From an uncultured Chloroflexia bacterium (GTDB lineage: Bacteria; Chloroflexota; Limnocylindria; Limnocylindrales; CSP1-4), in the NCBI GenBank assembly GCA_963752475.1, contig CAVVYR010000008.1, positions 384,001 to 448,000 on the forward strand: DNA of 64,000 bases. The letters run 5' to 3'. The notes beneath the pieces are model-generated. The model did no database searches and was not told the origin of the DNA. It saw nothing but the letters and a program-made list of their open reading frames with translations. This document shows positions 1 to 10,000 of the stretch, piece by piece. Both the position numbers and the translations under genes were made by a program. Each line of letters begins with the position of its first letter. Within the stretch, counting starts at the first letter, position 1.

Positions 1-138
1 GATGCGCCGCCCAGAGTCGGGGTTGTCGATGGCCCCAAGCGCGGTCGCCACGCGCATGGCCAACGGTGTCAGCAGGAAGGCCAGCGCCGCGGCGATGGCC
101 CCCGTGACGAGGATGGCGGGCAGCGCGTCGAGGATCAC
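1..138 (-). CDS. WecA/TagO-like polyprenyl-phosphate GlcNAc-1-P transferase (MraY/GT4 family), 5' part only
   Basis: Manual translation from GTG at 138: [46 protein letters not shown], matching the LTP..G.ID.P..RR.H N-terminus; GTGA overlap with glyA stop; runs off window. Confidence 0.75.
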   Translation of the reverse strand, partial: MILDALPAILVTGAIAAALAFLLTPLAMRVATALGAIDNPDSGRRI

Positions 139-1415
139 GCCTCAGAAAGGCCCGGCACCGGGAAGCGTGCGCAGATCTCCCGTACCTCTGCTCGCACACG
201 GTCGAGCTCGGCCTCGTCATCACGTCCTCGCAGGGTGCGCACGATGAGCTCTCCCACCTGACGCATCTCTGCAGGCCCGAACCCGCGGGTCGTGGTGGCT
301 GGTGTGCCCACGCGGATGCCGGAGGCCGTGTTCGGCGGCAGCGGGTCGAAGGGGATGGCGTTCTTGTTGACGGTGATGCCGATGTCGTCGAGCAGGTTCT
401 CGGCTTGAGTGCCATTGACGCCGAGCGGCGTGACGTCAACGAGGATGAGGTGGTTGTCGGTGCCGCCGCTGACCAGCTCGGTGCCGTTCTCGAGCAGGGT
501 CTCGGCCAGGACCGCGGCGTTGGCCACGGTTCGATGCTGGTCCTCGCGGAACGCCTCGCTCTGGGCCTCGAGGAAGGCCACGGCCTTGCCTGCGATGGCG
601 TGCATCAGCGGCCCGCCCTGCGTGCCCGGGAAGACGGCGCGGTCGATGGCGCGCGCCAGCCCCTGCACGCCGAAGACGAGGCCACCGCGCGGACCGCGCA
701 GGGTCTTGTGGGTGGTGCTGGTGACGATGTCCGCGTGCGGGAACGGGCTGGGATGGTCGCCCGCGGCCACAAGGCCGGCGATGTGAGCCATGTCCACCAT
801 CAGCAACGCGTCGACGTCGCGGGCGATGGCGGCCATGCGCTCGAAGTCGATGATGCGTGGATAGGCACTGGCGCCGGCGACGATGAGCTTGGGCCGTACC
901 TCGCGCGCCTGGCGCTCGAGCGTGTCGTAGTCGATGCGACCGTCTTCCTCTGAAACGCCATAGCCGTGGACGTCGAAGTAGCGGCCGCTGAAGTTGATGG
1001 GGTGTCCGTGGGTGAGGTGCCCGCCGTGGGCCAGACTCATGCCCAGGATGGTGTCGCCGTGGTCCAGGACGGCGAGGTAGGCCGCGATGTTGGCCTGCGC
1101 CCCGGAGTGGGGTTGGACGTTCACGAACTCGGCGCCGGGGAACAGCTCCAGCGCCCGTTCCTCAGCCAGGCGCTCGATGACGTCGACGTGCTCGCAGCCG
1201 CCGTAGTAGCGCTTGCCGGGCTGGCCCTCGGCGTACTTGTTGGTGAGCCACGACCCGGCTGCCTCCATCACCGCGCGCGAGGTGTAGTTCTCGCTGGCGA
1301 TGAGTTCGATCTTCCAGGTCTGGCGATCGCGCTCGGCAACCATCGCCTTCCACACGACGGGGTCCACGCTCGCGAGGGGGGCGTCGATCAGCTGGCGGCC
1401 AGAGGTAAGGGTCAT
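135..1415 (-). CDS. glyA: Serine hydroxymethyltransferase
   Basis: [32 protein letters not shown] motifs. Confidence 0.98.
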   Translation of the reverse strand: MTLTSGRQLIDAPLASVDPVVWKAMVAERDRQTWKIELIASENYTSRAVMEAAGSWLTNKYAEGQPGKRYYGGCEHVDVIERLAEERALELFPGAEFVNVQPHSGAQANIAAYLAVLDHGDTILGMSLAHGGHLTHGHPINFSGRYFDVHGYGVSEEDGRIDYDTLERQAREVRPKLIVAGASAYPRIIDFERMAAIARDVDALLMVDMAHIAGLVAAGDHPSPFPHADIVTSTTHKTLRGPRGGLVFGVQGLARAIDRAVFPGTQGGPLMHAIAGKAVAFLEAQSEAFREDQHRTVANAAVLAETLLENGTELVSGGTDNHLILVDVTPLGVNGTQAENLLDDIGITVNKNAIPFDPLPPNTASGIRVGTPATTTRGFGPAEMRQVGELIVRTLRGRDDEAELDRVRAEVREICARFPVPGLSEA

Positions 1416-1466
1416 CGGTGCTCCGTTGGTCTCTCCCTGCGAGGTGAGTGTACCCGCGCCGGGGGT

Positions 1467-2105
1467 TCAGTCCCCGCGGGCCGCGGCGTAGATGTCAGCG
1501 CTGTCGAGTGCGCCTTGCCGAAGGACCTCCCAGCCACCATCTCGGTCGATAGCCACGACCGTCGAGGCCACCCCGCCACGCACGGGACCGTCGTCGAGCA
1601 CGAGTGCCAGCGAGTGTCCCACCGAGGCGATGAGCTCCTCCGGGATCTGTGCCGGGGGCTCTCCGCTGCGATTGGCCGAGGTGACCGCGATGGGACCCAG
1701 CTCACGAGCCAGCGCACGAGGCACGGGGTGATCGGGGATGCGCAGCCCGATCGTGTCGCGGCCGCCGGTGACAGCCTCCGGCACCAGCTCCGGCCGCAAC
1801 AGCGGCAGCACCAGGGTCAGCGCTCCGGGCCAGTAGCGAGTGGCCAGCCGGCGGGCAGGCGCGGTCACCTCCACCAAACCTTCGACCTGGTCGAGGCCGT
1901 CGATGAGCAGTGCGATGCCCTTCTCTTCGGGTCGTTGCTTGGCGGCGATGACCGCTGCCAAGGCCTCCGGGCGGGGCACCACGCCGATGCCGTAGACGGT
2001 CTCCGTGGGGATGCCCACGATGCCGCCGGCGAGCATCGCCGCCGCAGCCTCGCTGAGGGCAGCCGGATCGGCCGCATCAAGCAGCGGGGGGCGGCCGCTA
2101 GCCAC
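1467..2105 (-). CDS. tsaC: L-threonylcarbamoyladenylate synthase (YrdC/Sua5)
   Basis: PTETVYG, K.RP..K, WPGALT, TSANRSG; start placed at GTG 2105 next to prmC stop. Confidence 0.93.
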   Translation of the reverse strand: MASGRPPLLDAADPAALSEAAAAMLAGGIVGIPTETVYGIGVVPRPEALAAVIAAKQRPEEKGIALLIDGLDQVEGLVEVTAPARRLATRYWPGALTLVLPLLRPELVPEAVTGGRDTIGLRIPDHPVPRALARELGPIAVTSANRSGEPPAQIPEELIASVGHSLALVLDDGPVRGGVASTVVAIDRDGGWEVLRQGALDSADIYAAARGD

Positions 2106-3015
2106 GGGGCCGTACCAGCTCGGCCACGCGCGGGCTGCCAGAGAGGTCCTCGCGGATGACACAGGACCAGGCGGGGAGGGCCTCTGCGGCGGCCGCGGTC
2201 AGGGCCTCTCCCTGGTCGCCGCCGATCTCGAGCAGGATGGTGCCGCCTGGCGCCACGACCTCCGGCGCGCGCGGCAGCAGCCGACGGACGACATCCAGAC
2301 CGTCGGGTCCGCCGTCGAGCGCGCCGACCGGTTCGAAGCTGGCGGCCACGGGCAGGTCCGGCACCATCGCGGCGGGGATGTAGGGCAGGTTCGCGAGCAG
2401 CAGGTCCACGGGCCGCGAAGGCGCCGGCGCCACTTCGACGAGGTCGCCCTCAGCGAAGGTGAAGAGGTGCGCCAGGCCATGGGCCACGACGTTGAGCGTA
2501 GCCACGTCGCGGGCGTCGCCGGAGATGTCACTGACGAAGAAGCGCACAGCGTCACCATAGCGTCGGTGGCGAAGCTCGACGGCGATGGCCACAGGGATGG
2601 CGCCGGAGCCGGTGCCGATGTCCCATACGAGATAGGACTCGTCCGGCTCACGGGAACCGCCGGTAAGGGCATCGGTGATGCGCGCCAGAGCCAGCTCCAC
2701 GAGCGTCTCGGTCTCGGGGCGCGGGATGAGCACGCGAGCATCGACCGAGATGGCCGAGCCGTAGAACTCCTTGATGCCCCGGATGTAGGCCACCGGCTCA
2801 CCGGCCTCGCGGCGCCTGACGTAGGCCTCGTAGGTCTCCTGCTGCCCGGAGCTGAGGACGGCTTCTGGGTGGGCCATGAGGCCGCTGCGGTCGATGCCGA
2901 GCGTATGTGCCAGCAGCACCTCAGCGTCGAGGCGCGGGGTTTCGGAGCCGGCCGCCCGCAGGCGTTCGGTGGCAGCGGCGAGGAGCTCGTTGACGCGTTG
3001 CCGGCCAAGGTCCAT
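2098..3015 (-). CDS. prmC: Release factor glutamine methyltransferase
   Basis: GEPVAYI.G, VLIPRPETE, DIGTGSG, NLPY; start ATG 3015 (track ORF over-extends upstream). Confidence 0.95.
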   Translation of the reverse strand: MDLGRQRVNELLAAATERLRAAGSETPRLDAEVLLAHTLGIDRSGLMAHPEAVLSSGQQETYEAYVRRREAGEPVAYIRGIKEFYGSAISVDARVLIPRPETETLVELALARITDALTGGSREPDESYLVWDIGTGSGAIPVAIAVELRHRRYGDAVRFFVSDISGDARDVATLNVVAHGLAHLFTFAEGDLVEVAPAPSRPVDLLLANLPYIPAAMVPDLPVAASFEPVGALDGGPDGLDVVRRLLPRAPEVVAPGGTILLEIGGDQGEALTAAAAEALPAWSCVIREDLSGSPRVAELVRPRG

Positions 3016-3031
3016 CGGCCGAGCCTCCGTG

Positions 3032-4129
3032 CTAGCTGACGCTGCCCGACCCCGACTCCATCGAGGCCAGGCGTTCGGCCTGGTCGGCGGTGGTGAGGGC
3101 ATCGATGATCTTGTCGATCTCGCCATCGAGCACGGCCGGCATGCCGTGGGTATCGAGGCCGATGCGGTGATCGGTGATGCGGTCCTGGGGGAAGTTGTAG
3201 GTGCGGATCTTCTCGGCGCGCTCGCCACTACCGACCATCGAGCGACGCGCCTCTGCCTCTTCCTCGGCAGCCTTTCGCTGCTCCTGCTCGAGCAGACGCG
3301 CACGCAGCACGGACATGGCTTTGGCCTTGTTCTTGTGCTGGCTCTTCTCGTCCTGGATCTCGACCACCAGGCCGGTGGGCAGGTGGGTGATACGTACCGC
3401 TGAATCCGTGGTGTTGACCGACTGGCCACCAGGCCCCGAAGCGCGCTTGACGTCGATGCGCAGGTCCCGGGCCTCGTCGATCTGGACGTCGACCTCGTCG
3501 GCCTTGGGCAGCACAGCCACGGTGGCGGTGGAGGTGTGGATGCGGCCGCTGGACTCCGTCTCCGGTACTCGCTGCACGCGGTGCACACCACCCTCGTACT
3601 TGAGTCGACTCCAGGCGCCCTCACCGCTGATCTCGAAGATGACCTCGCGCAGGCCCTTCACACCCGACTCGTTCGCGGAGAGCGTCTCGGTCTTCCAGCG
3701 CCGGCGCTCGGCGTAGCGGGCGTACATGCGGAAGAGGTCGGCCGCGAAGATGGCTGCCTCCTCACCGCCGGTGCCCCCACGGATCTCGATGATCACATCG
3801 CGGTCGTCGTTAGGGTCCTTGGGCAGCAGCTGGATGCGCAGCTCCTCGTTGAGGCGCGTCACCTCGGCCTCGTTCTCGGCGATGAGCTCCTTGGCCAGCT
3901 CCTTGAGCTCCGGATCGGATTCCGTGTGCAGCTCGTGCCGCGCCGACTCGAGGCCCGCGCGAGCCCCCTTGAGGGCGCGGTAGTTGTGGACGATGGGGCT
4001 GATCCATCGTTGCTCACGTCCGAGCTTCTTGCTCAGCCCTGAGTCAGCGGCGGTCTCCGGCTTGGACCACTCGGCTTCGATCTGCGTCAGGCGTCGCTCC
4101 AGCTCGTCGAGCCGGGCATCGAGGCTCAT
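3032..4129 (-). CDS. prfA: Peptide chain release factor 1
   Basis: GGQ motif, PET anticodon-like motif, IRTYNFPQ. Confidence 0.98.
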   Translation of the reverse strand: MSLDARLDELERRLTQIEAEWSKPETAADSGLSKKLGREQRWISPIVHNYRALKGARAGLESARHELHTESDPELKELAKELIAENEAEVTRLNEELRIQLLPKDPNDDRDVIIEIRGGTGGEEAAIFAADLFRMYARYAERRRWKTETLSANESGVKGLREVIFEISGEGAWSRLKYEGGVHRVQRVPETESSGRIHTSTATVAVLPKADEVDVQIDEARDLRIDVKRASGPGGQSVNTTDSAVRITHLPTGLVVEIQDEKSQHKNKAKAMSVLRARLLEQEQRKAAEEEAEARRSMVGSGERAEKIRTYNFPQDRITDHRIGLDTHGMPAVLDGEIDKIIDALTTADQAERLASMESGSGSVS

Positions 4130-5355
4130 GCGCCCTCCGAGGCGCCTCCGGCCCGAGGTGCGGGGCGGTCGGTACCCTCGACGGGGTCGGGCGGGCTGGG
4201 GTCGTCCGTGGCTTCTGCCGCAGACGTGGACGCCTCGGCCGCTGTGGTCGGTTCGGTGGCCTCGGTCGGCGTGGCCTCACCTTCGGCCGTGGCCTTCTCG
4301 GCGGCCTCCTCGGCCTCGAGGCGGGCCTCCATCTCCTTGGCCAGTTCGTCGGCATCGGGGATGGGCTCGCGCTCGGGATCGAGGCTGCCCTCAGGGGCGG
4401 TCTCCCCGTTGGCGGCGAGGCCCTCCTGCATGGCGCTGATGGCGATCTCGATCATGTCGTCCGTGGGCTGCTTGGTGGTGATCTTCTGGACCCAGATGCC
4501 CGGCAGGAAGAGGTAGCGCCAGAGGCCGCTCTCACGCCTGGCGGCGCCGAACTTGAGCACCTCGTAGGCCACGGCCGCGATGACCGGCACCAGCAGCACG
4601 CGCCCAAGGATGGCGATCCACAGCTCCTGTCCTGCCAGCAGGCTGAAGAGCAGGATGCTGACGATGATGAAGATGACCAGGAACTCCGTGCCGCAGCGCG
4701 GATGGGCCGTGGGGTAGTCACGGATGTTCTCGATGGTCAGCGGCCGCTCAGCCTCCAGCGTGTGGATGGTCATGTGCTCCGCACCGTGGTACTGGAACAC
4801 ACGGCCGATCTCGGAGGAACGGCTGACGACCCAGAGGTAGCCGATGAAGAGGGCGACGCGAACGAGACCTTCGAGGATGTGGACGACGAAGAGGCCGAAG
4901 CCGCTATCGACCTCGCCGAAGAGCAGCGTCGTGCCGCCCTGGGCCACGAGCAGCGGCATGAGCACGAAGAGGCCCACCGCGAGGACGATGGTGAAGAGCA
5001 TCGTCAGGGCGATGGCACCACCACCGAAGGCCACTCCCTCGCCAGCCGCGGCCAGCGAGCCGGAGCGCATCAGCCATTTGGTGCCGATGACGAGCGTCTC
5101 ATAGAGCACCACGATGCCGCGGAACAGCGGCGTCCGTGCGAAGCGGTTGCGGTGCAGGATGCTGTCGAGCTTCTCCTGACCGGCGAAGATCTGACCGTCA
5201 GGACCACGCACAGCGACGCCGATGGCGTCCTTGCCACGCATGTAGATGCCCTCCATGAGGGCCTGCCCGCCATAGGCGAAGCGTTTGGCCTGGGGCGTGC
5301 CAGGATCACCGCTCAGCGGGGCGGCTGTCCCCTGCCCTGACGGCGACTGCGTCAC
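4126..5355 (-). CDS. DUF1385 membrane protein with acidic Ala/Thr-rich C-tail
   Basis: [23 protein letters not shown]; usual position between rpmE and prfA. Confidence 0.9.
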   Translation of the reverse strand: MTQSPSGQGTAAPLSGDPGTPQAKRFAYGGQALMEGIYMRGKDAIGVAVRGPDGQIFAGQEKLDSILHRNRFARTPLFRGIVVLYETLVIGTKWLMRSGSLAAAGEGVAFGGGAIALTMLFTIVLAVGLFVLMPLLVAQGGTTLLFGEVDSGFGLFVVHILEGLVRVALFIGYLWVVSRSSEIGRVFQYHGAEHMTIHTLEAERPLTIENIRDYPTAHPRCGTEFLVIFIIVSILLFSLLAGQELWIAILGRVLLVPVIAAVAYEVLKFGAARRESGLWRYLFLPGIWVQKITTKQPTDDMIEIAISAMQEGLAANGETAPEGSLDPEREPIPDADELAKEMEARLEAEEAAEKATAEGEATPTEATEPTTAAEASTSAAEATDDPSPPDPVEGTDRPAPRAGGASEGA

Positions 5356-5368
5356 GGTCTAGGCGTGC

Positions 5369-5581
5369 TTAGAGCTTCGCAGAGCGCTCGAGGCGCTTCT
5401 GGAACCGTTCGACCTGGCCGGCGGTGTCGACGATGGTCTGCTTGCCCGTGTAGAACGGGTGGCAGTTGGAGCAGATATCCACGCGCAGCTCCTCGTGCGT
5501 GGAACCGATGGTGAACTCGGTGCTGCAGGAGGCGCAGTGCACCTGTGCCTGGTAGTACTTGGGATGCGTATCGGGCTTCAT
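5369..5581 (-). CDS. rpmE: 50S ribosomal protein L31 (Zn-binding C+ type)
   Basis: HPKY, CASC, CSNCHPFYTGKQ. Confidence 0.97.
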   Translation of the reverse strand: MKPDTHPKYYQAQVHCASCSTEFTIGSTHEELRVDICSNCHPFYTGKQTIVDTAGQVERFQKRLERSAKL

Positions 5582-5595
5582 GACGTTCCTTGTGG

Positions 5596-5862
5596 TCAGC
5601 TGGCGGCGGCTTCCGCCTCGACGCGCACGCGCTTCTTGTCCTTGCGAGCGTGCTCGAAGACGACTCTGCCGTCGACCGTGGCGAAGACGGTGTAGTCCTT
5701 ACCCAGGCCCGTGCCCGGGCCGGAGAGGAAGGTCATGCCGCGCTGGCGAACGATGATCGAACCGGCGCTGACGAGCTCGCCGTCACCGGCCTTCACGCCG
5801 AGGCGCTTGCCGACGCTGTCGCGGCCGTTCTTGGAGCTGGAACCAGCCTTCTTGTGAGCCAT
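5596..5862 (-). CDS. rpmA: 50S ribosomal protein L27
   Basis: [23 protein letters not shown]. Confidence 0.98.
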   Translation of the reverse strand: MAHKKAGSSSKNGRDSVGKRLGVKAGDGELVSAGSIIVRQRGMTFLSGPGTGLGKDYTVFATVDGRVVFEHARKDKKRVRVEAEAAAS

Positions 5863-5865
5863 GGC

Positions 5866-6492
5866 TTACTCGTCCTTCTCGGTAGCGGCATCGCTCTCAG
5901 CCTCTGCCTCGGGCGCGGGCTCCGCATCCTCTGCGGCGGCCTCTGCCTCCGGCGCCGGCTCCTCGGCGGCCTTCTTGGCGGTCGACTTCTTGGCCTTGGG
6001 CTTGGCCTCAGCGGCCGGTGCTTCCTCGGCGGCGGCCAACTTGGCAGCCAGCTCCGCGTCGGCGGCGGCCTTCTCCTCGGCCTGCTTGGCCGCGGCCTGC
6101 TTGGCGGCCTTCTCGGCCTCCTTGGCCTTCTTGGCCTCGGCCTTCTGCTGCTTCTCGGCATCCTTGGCGGCGCTCTTGTCACCGAAGGCGATGTCGGTGA
6201 TGCGCAGGGTGGTCAGCTGGGCGCGGAACCCGTTCTTCACGCGCGTGCGGGCCTTGGGCTTGTACTTGAAGACGATGATCTTCTTGCCGCGATCCTGGCC
6301 AAGGACTTCGGCCGAGACCTTGGCGCCGTCGACGACCGGCTGGCCGATGGCGGCATCGTCGCCGTCCGCGACCAAGAGGACGCGATCGAGCGTGATGGAG
6401 TCGCCGGGCTGGACATCCAGGCGATCGACCTGGATCTCCGAGCCGAGCTCGACGCGGTGCTGCTTGCCGCCTGATTCGATGACTGCGTACAT
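5866..6492 (-). CDS. rplU: 50S ribosomal protein L21 with ~100-aa Ala/Lys/Glu-rich C-extension
   Basis: MYAVIESGGKQ start at ATG 6492; IVFKYKPK. Confidence 0.96.
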   Translation of the reverse strand: MYAVIESGGKQHRVELGSEIQVDRLDVQPGDSITLDRVLLVADGDDAAIGQPVVDGAKVSAEVLGQDRGKKIIVFKYKPKARTRVKNGFRAQLTTLRITDIAFGDKSAAKDAEKQQKAEAKKAKEAEKAAKQAAAKQAEEKAAADAELAAKLAAAEEAPAAEAKPKAKKSTAKKAAEEPAPEAEAAAEDAEPAPEAEAESDAATEKDE

Positions 6493-6596
6493 GGGGTTCC
6501 CGTTGCGAGGTCGGTTCGTGATGGTCTGACTGGGTCTGGGTGCGCTGGCGAGTCGCAGGCGAACACGGCGCGACAAACACTCGGGCGCGAAAGGGG

Positions 6597-6626
6597 ATGG
6601 TAGCGGGATTCGAGATATCTCGTCAA
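6597..6626 (-). promoter_or_regulatory. Sigma70-type promoter of rplU-rpmA-rpmE operon
   Basis: TTGACG (6626-6621), 18 bp, TACCAT (6602-6597) on minus strand. Confidence 0.6.
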
Positions 6627-6642
6627 TCGTGGCTCGAGGAGC

Positions 6643-8062
6643 GGTAAGCATCCAAACGTCTGTGCTGGTCGAGCCCATACGAGGTGAGCCCCATCCGTAG
6701 GCTGGAGGTATCAGTCAACCAGCAGACGAAGGGGCTCACCGTGGAGTCTATCGCCATCCCGCTCTCGCTCACCCTGGAACTCCAGCCCGAGGGTGCCGAC
6801 ATCGGTTCGCTCGAGCGGGCCGTGAGTGCCGGCCTGGCCGACGTGGCCCGACAGCTGTGGGCGGAGCTCATCAGCAGGCTCGAGCGATCGCTCGTGGTGG
6901 GCCGGGGACACGTCGGCTGCGGCGGCATCGTGAAGGCCAACGGTCGCGCAGCACGGCGCATCGTGACCCTCGCGGGCGAGGTCGGCCTCTCCCGTCGGCG
7001 CTATCGCTGTGGCGCCTGTGGCACCGAGATCGTGCCGCTCGACGAGCTCCTCGGTCTCGCGCCCCGGGCCCAGCACACCCTGGGCGTCCGTGAGCGGGCC
7101 CTCTGGCTCGTGACCGAGCTGTCCTATGCCAAGGCCGCCCGCACGCTCGACGAGCTGCGCGCCATCGGGGTCAGCCACGGCCAGGTCCATGGCTGGGTGC
7201 AGGAGGAGGGCGCCCGCATCGAGGCCGGCGTGGCCGCCCGCACCGAGGCGCTGCTCGGGGCCCATCCCGAGCGCACCAGCAGCGGAGCGATGCCGGGCGA
7301 TGTCTGGGTCAGTGCCGACGGCACGATGGTCAACGACCGACACAGCGGCACCCACATGGAGGTGAAGCTCGGGCTCGTGTTCACGGGCACCGAGCGGACG
7401 GGCAAGGACCGGCACCGGCTGCTCGACCGGCACCTCGTGGGGGCGACCGGGTCCTGGACGACGTTCGCCGAGCGCTTCACCGCGGCCTGTGCCGCGATGG
7501 GCGTGTACGAGGCGGAACGCATCCTCTTCGTCTCCGATGGGGCCGCCGCCATCAGGTGGATCCGCGAGCGCAGCTTCCCCGAGGCCATCGAGTTGCTCGA
7601 CTGGTACCACCTCACCGAACAGCTGCGCTTCGGGATCGGCCGGCAGCACGAGGCCGTCCTCTCCACCGCGCTCGGTGCCGCGGGGCCCGGGGATGTCGAG
7701 GCGCTCCTGGCCATCCTGCGCAGTCACGCTCGCGCGCTCGAGGTCGATGATCCCGAGCAGGCGCTCCGCTGTCGGGGTGTCATCGGCTATGTCACCAACA
7801 ACCGGCGCGGCATCGCCAACTACCGCATCGTGCCCCTGGCCAGCTCGGGGCCGATGGAGAAGGGCGTCGACATCACCATCTGCCGACGCTTCAAGACCCG
7901 CGGCATGAGCTGGTTCCGTCGTGGCGTGAGCCATCTGCTCCATCTCAAGCTGCTGCGCCTCAACGGCACCTGGGGTCGCTACTGGGCCGAGCGGCTCTCC
8001 GCGGCGCTCCGTCCCTGGCCGAGCACGGCGTGAGTGTCAGCACAGGAACTTAGATGCTTCCC
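6643..8062 (+). mobile_element. Insertion sequence, ISLre2/ISKra4-like (Mutator-type DDE)
   Basis: 25-bp imperfect terminal IRs at 6643-6667 and 8038-8062 (19/25 match); direct repeat CGAGGAGCG at 6635-6643 and 8062-8070; single transposase ORF. Confidence 0.9.
6741..8033 (+). CDS. UPF0236/ISKra4-like DDE transposase
   Basis: TLAGEV..RRRYRC..C, ADG, SDGA.AI, LDWYH, SG.ME, RFK.RGM.W motifs; start uncertain (6684 or 6741). Confidence 0.88.
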   Translation: MESIAIPLSLTLELQPEGADIGSLERAVSAGLADVARQLWAELISRLERSLVVGRGHVGCGGIVKANGRAARRIVTLAGEVGLSRRRYRCGACGTEIVPLDELLGLAPRAQHTLGVRERALWLVTELSYAKAARTLDELRAIGVSHGQVHGWVQEEGARIEAGVAARTEALLGAHPERTSSGAMPGDVWVSADGTMVNDRHSGTHMEVKLGLVFTGTERTGKDRHRLLDRHLVGATGSWTTFAERFTAACAAMGVYEAERILFVSDGAAAIRWIRERSFPEAIELLDWYHLTEQLRFGIGRQHEAVLSTALGAAGPGDVEALLAILRSHARALEVDDPEQALRCRGVIGYVTNNRRGIANYRIVPLASSGPMEKGVDITICRRFKTRGMSWFRRGVSHLLHLKLLRLNGTWGRYWAERLSAALRPWPSTA

Positions 8063-8103
8063 GAGGAGCGGTGGAGTGGACGGTCAAGTATCGTCAGGGG
8101 CAC

Positions 8104-8595
8104 ATGGCCCGCACCTTCTACGACGTCCTCTTCATCACGCCTCGCGCCGATCGTGGGCTGATCTCGGTGGTGTACCGGTACCTCGCCAAACGCTACCACC
8201 CCGACCGGGACCCCTCCCCGGCCGCGGCTGCGCGCATGGCCGAGCTGAACGAGGCCTACACCACGCTCAGCGACCCCGAGAAGCGGGCTCGGTACGACGT
8301 TTCAGTGGGCTTGCGGCAGGCGCAGCCCTCGGTGGCACCGTTGGGCGGCGACGGCCGGCCCACGCGCGCTGGTGGCGTCAACACCACGCCGGAGACGGGG
8401 CCCTACGGCGCCGCCGGCCCTCCGCCATCGACGCCGGTGGCCAAGGGGCGAGTGCTGACGTTCGGGCGATACAAGGGCTGGGCCCTCAACCAGGTCGACC
8501 GCTTCGACCCTGGCTACGTCGAGTGGCTCTCGCGGGCCACGATGGGCCGCAACTACAAGGCCGAGCTGGACGAGCTGCTCAAGCGCGTGCCGTAA
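8104..8595 (+). CDS. J-domain protein with C-terminal FG.YKG...Y..W motif (ExoX C-term/DUF3820-like)
   Basis: FYDVL...YR.LAKRYHPD...LNEAY.TLSDPEKRARYD; C-term TFGRYKGW...DPGYVEWL. Confidence 0.8.
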   Translation: MARTFYDVLFITPRADRGLISVVYRYLAKRYHPDRDPSPAAAARMAELNEAYTTLSDPEKRARYDVSVGLRQAQPSVAPLGGDGRPTRAGGVNTTPETGPYGAAGPPPSTPVAKGRVLTFGRYKGWALNQVDRFDPGYVEWLSRATMGRNYKAELDELLKRVP

Positions 8596-8664
8596 CCCCA
8601 GCAGCCGGAACTGAAGAGCCGCGGCTCGAGCGCGTGGGTCTTGGCCGGCCTGCCATGCTGGCCG

Positions 8665-9918
8665 CTAGGCGTTGCTGTCGGCGCCCTCAGGATGCCGCTC
8701 GTCGCGGGGCGCCTTGGGGATGGCCCACTGGAGCATGACCGGCGCCACCAGCGTGGTCAGGATGACCGCGGCCAGCAGCACCGCGTAGATCTCCTGGCTG
8801 ATAAGAGCCAGCGAGAGGCCCAGGGCGCTGACGACGATGCCGACCTCACCACGTGGGCTCATACCGAGGCCGACCACGACCGAGTTCCACTTGCCCAGCT
8901 TCCACGAGCCGACGATACCGCCGATGAGCTTGGTCAGGACGCCCATCACCGCGAGGACGAGGACGATGATCAGCAGGTCCGGCTGCAGCAGCGCACTCAT
9001 GTCGATGTTGGCGCCGGTGACGGCGAAGAAGAACGGGGCGAAGATGCCCAGCAGCGATCTGAAGCCATGCTCGACCTCCTCGCGCACCGGGGTCTCCGCG
9101 ATGAAGAGGCCCACGACGAAAGCGCCGATGATGGCGGCCAAGCCCACGAACTGCGCCAGCAGCGCGCCCGCGAACATGATGATGAAGACGGGCACGACCG
9201 GCGTGTCGGCGAACTTGGGGAAGACGAAGACCTTGCGCGGCAGGCGCCGTCCGAGCGGAGCCAGCGCGAGTCCGATGCCGACGAAAGCGAGGCCGGCGAC
9301 GAGCGTCAGGAAGGTGTCGACGCCGAGGTCGCCCTCGGCCAAACCGGAGAGCACGCCGATGGCCAACAAGGCCAGGATGTCGTCGACGATGGCAGCGCCG
9401 AGGATGACTCTGGCGAAGGCTCTGTCGAGCATGCCCATCTCAGCGAGGACGCGGCTGGTGATGCCGATGCTGGTGGCTGCCAGCGCAAGGCCGATGAGCG
9501 CGGCCGGGAGCACCTCTTCGCCCATGGCCAAGCCGATGACGATGCCGGCGATGATGGGTAGGACGAACCCGATGAAGCCGACCGCGATGGCCATGGGCCC
9601 CACCTTCAGGAGGTCATCGAGGCGGACCTCCAGACCGACGGTGAAGAGCAGGATGATGACGCCGAGTTCGGCGAACACCTCCGCGGTGATGGTGACGTGC
9701 GCCAGTCCCAGCGCGAAGGGACCGACGATGAAGCCGCCGAGCAGCTCACCGATGACACCGGGCTGATTGATGCGCCGGAAGACCTCCTCGCCGATCTTGG
9801 CCGCGAGGAAGAGGATGAAGAGGCTGAACAGTGCGCCCGCGAAATCGGAGCCATGCGAGCCGCCGTCGGAGACGGCGAAAGACAAGGCGGTAGGAAGGTC
9901 GAACGGGAGAGTGGGCAT
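8665..9918 (-). CDS. Cation:proton antiporter (CPA2/NapA-like)
   Basis: Many TM helices; ATSIGIT, AAIVDDI, GM.PRGEV. Confidence 0.92.
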   Translation of the reverse strand: MPTLPFDLPTALSFAVSDGGSHGSDFAGALFSLFILFLAAKIGEEVFRRINQPGVIGELLGGFIVGPFALGLAHVTITAEVFAELGVIILLFTVGLEVRLDDLLKVGPMAIAVGFIGFVLPIIAGIVIGLAMGEEVLPAALIGLALAATSIGITSRVLAEMGMLDRAFARVILGAAIVDDILALLAIGVLSGLAEGDLGVDTFLTLVAGLAFVGIGLALAPLGRRLPRKVFVFPKFADTPVVPVFIIMFAGALLAQFVGLAAIIGAFVVGLFIAETPVREEVEHGFRSLLGIFAPFFFAVTGANIDMSALLQPDLLIIVLVLAVMGVLTKLIGGIVGSWKLGKWNSVVVGLGMSPRGEVGIVVSALGLSLALISQEIYAVLLAAVILTTLVAPVMLQWAIPKAPRDERHPEGADSNA

Positions 9919-10000
9919 ATCGATTACAGCCTAGCGGCCGCATCCTCGGTGCGGGTCGGTCACTCTGGCGCTGAATCGGGGGCCATAGGTCCGTGGCCGC

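Noticed and set aside
1400-1452. Glycine-riboswitch-like words (GGAGAGACC...GCACCGA) upstream of glyA
   Set aside because: Only ~25 nt between the TACACT -10 and the ATG; no GAAG/CTCTCAGG core or second aptamer
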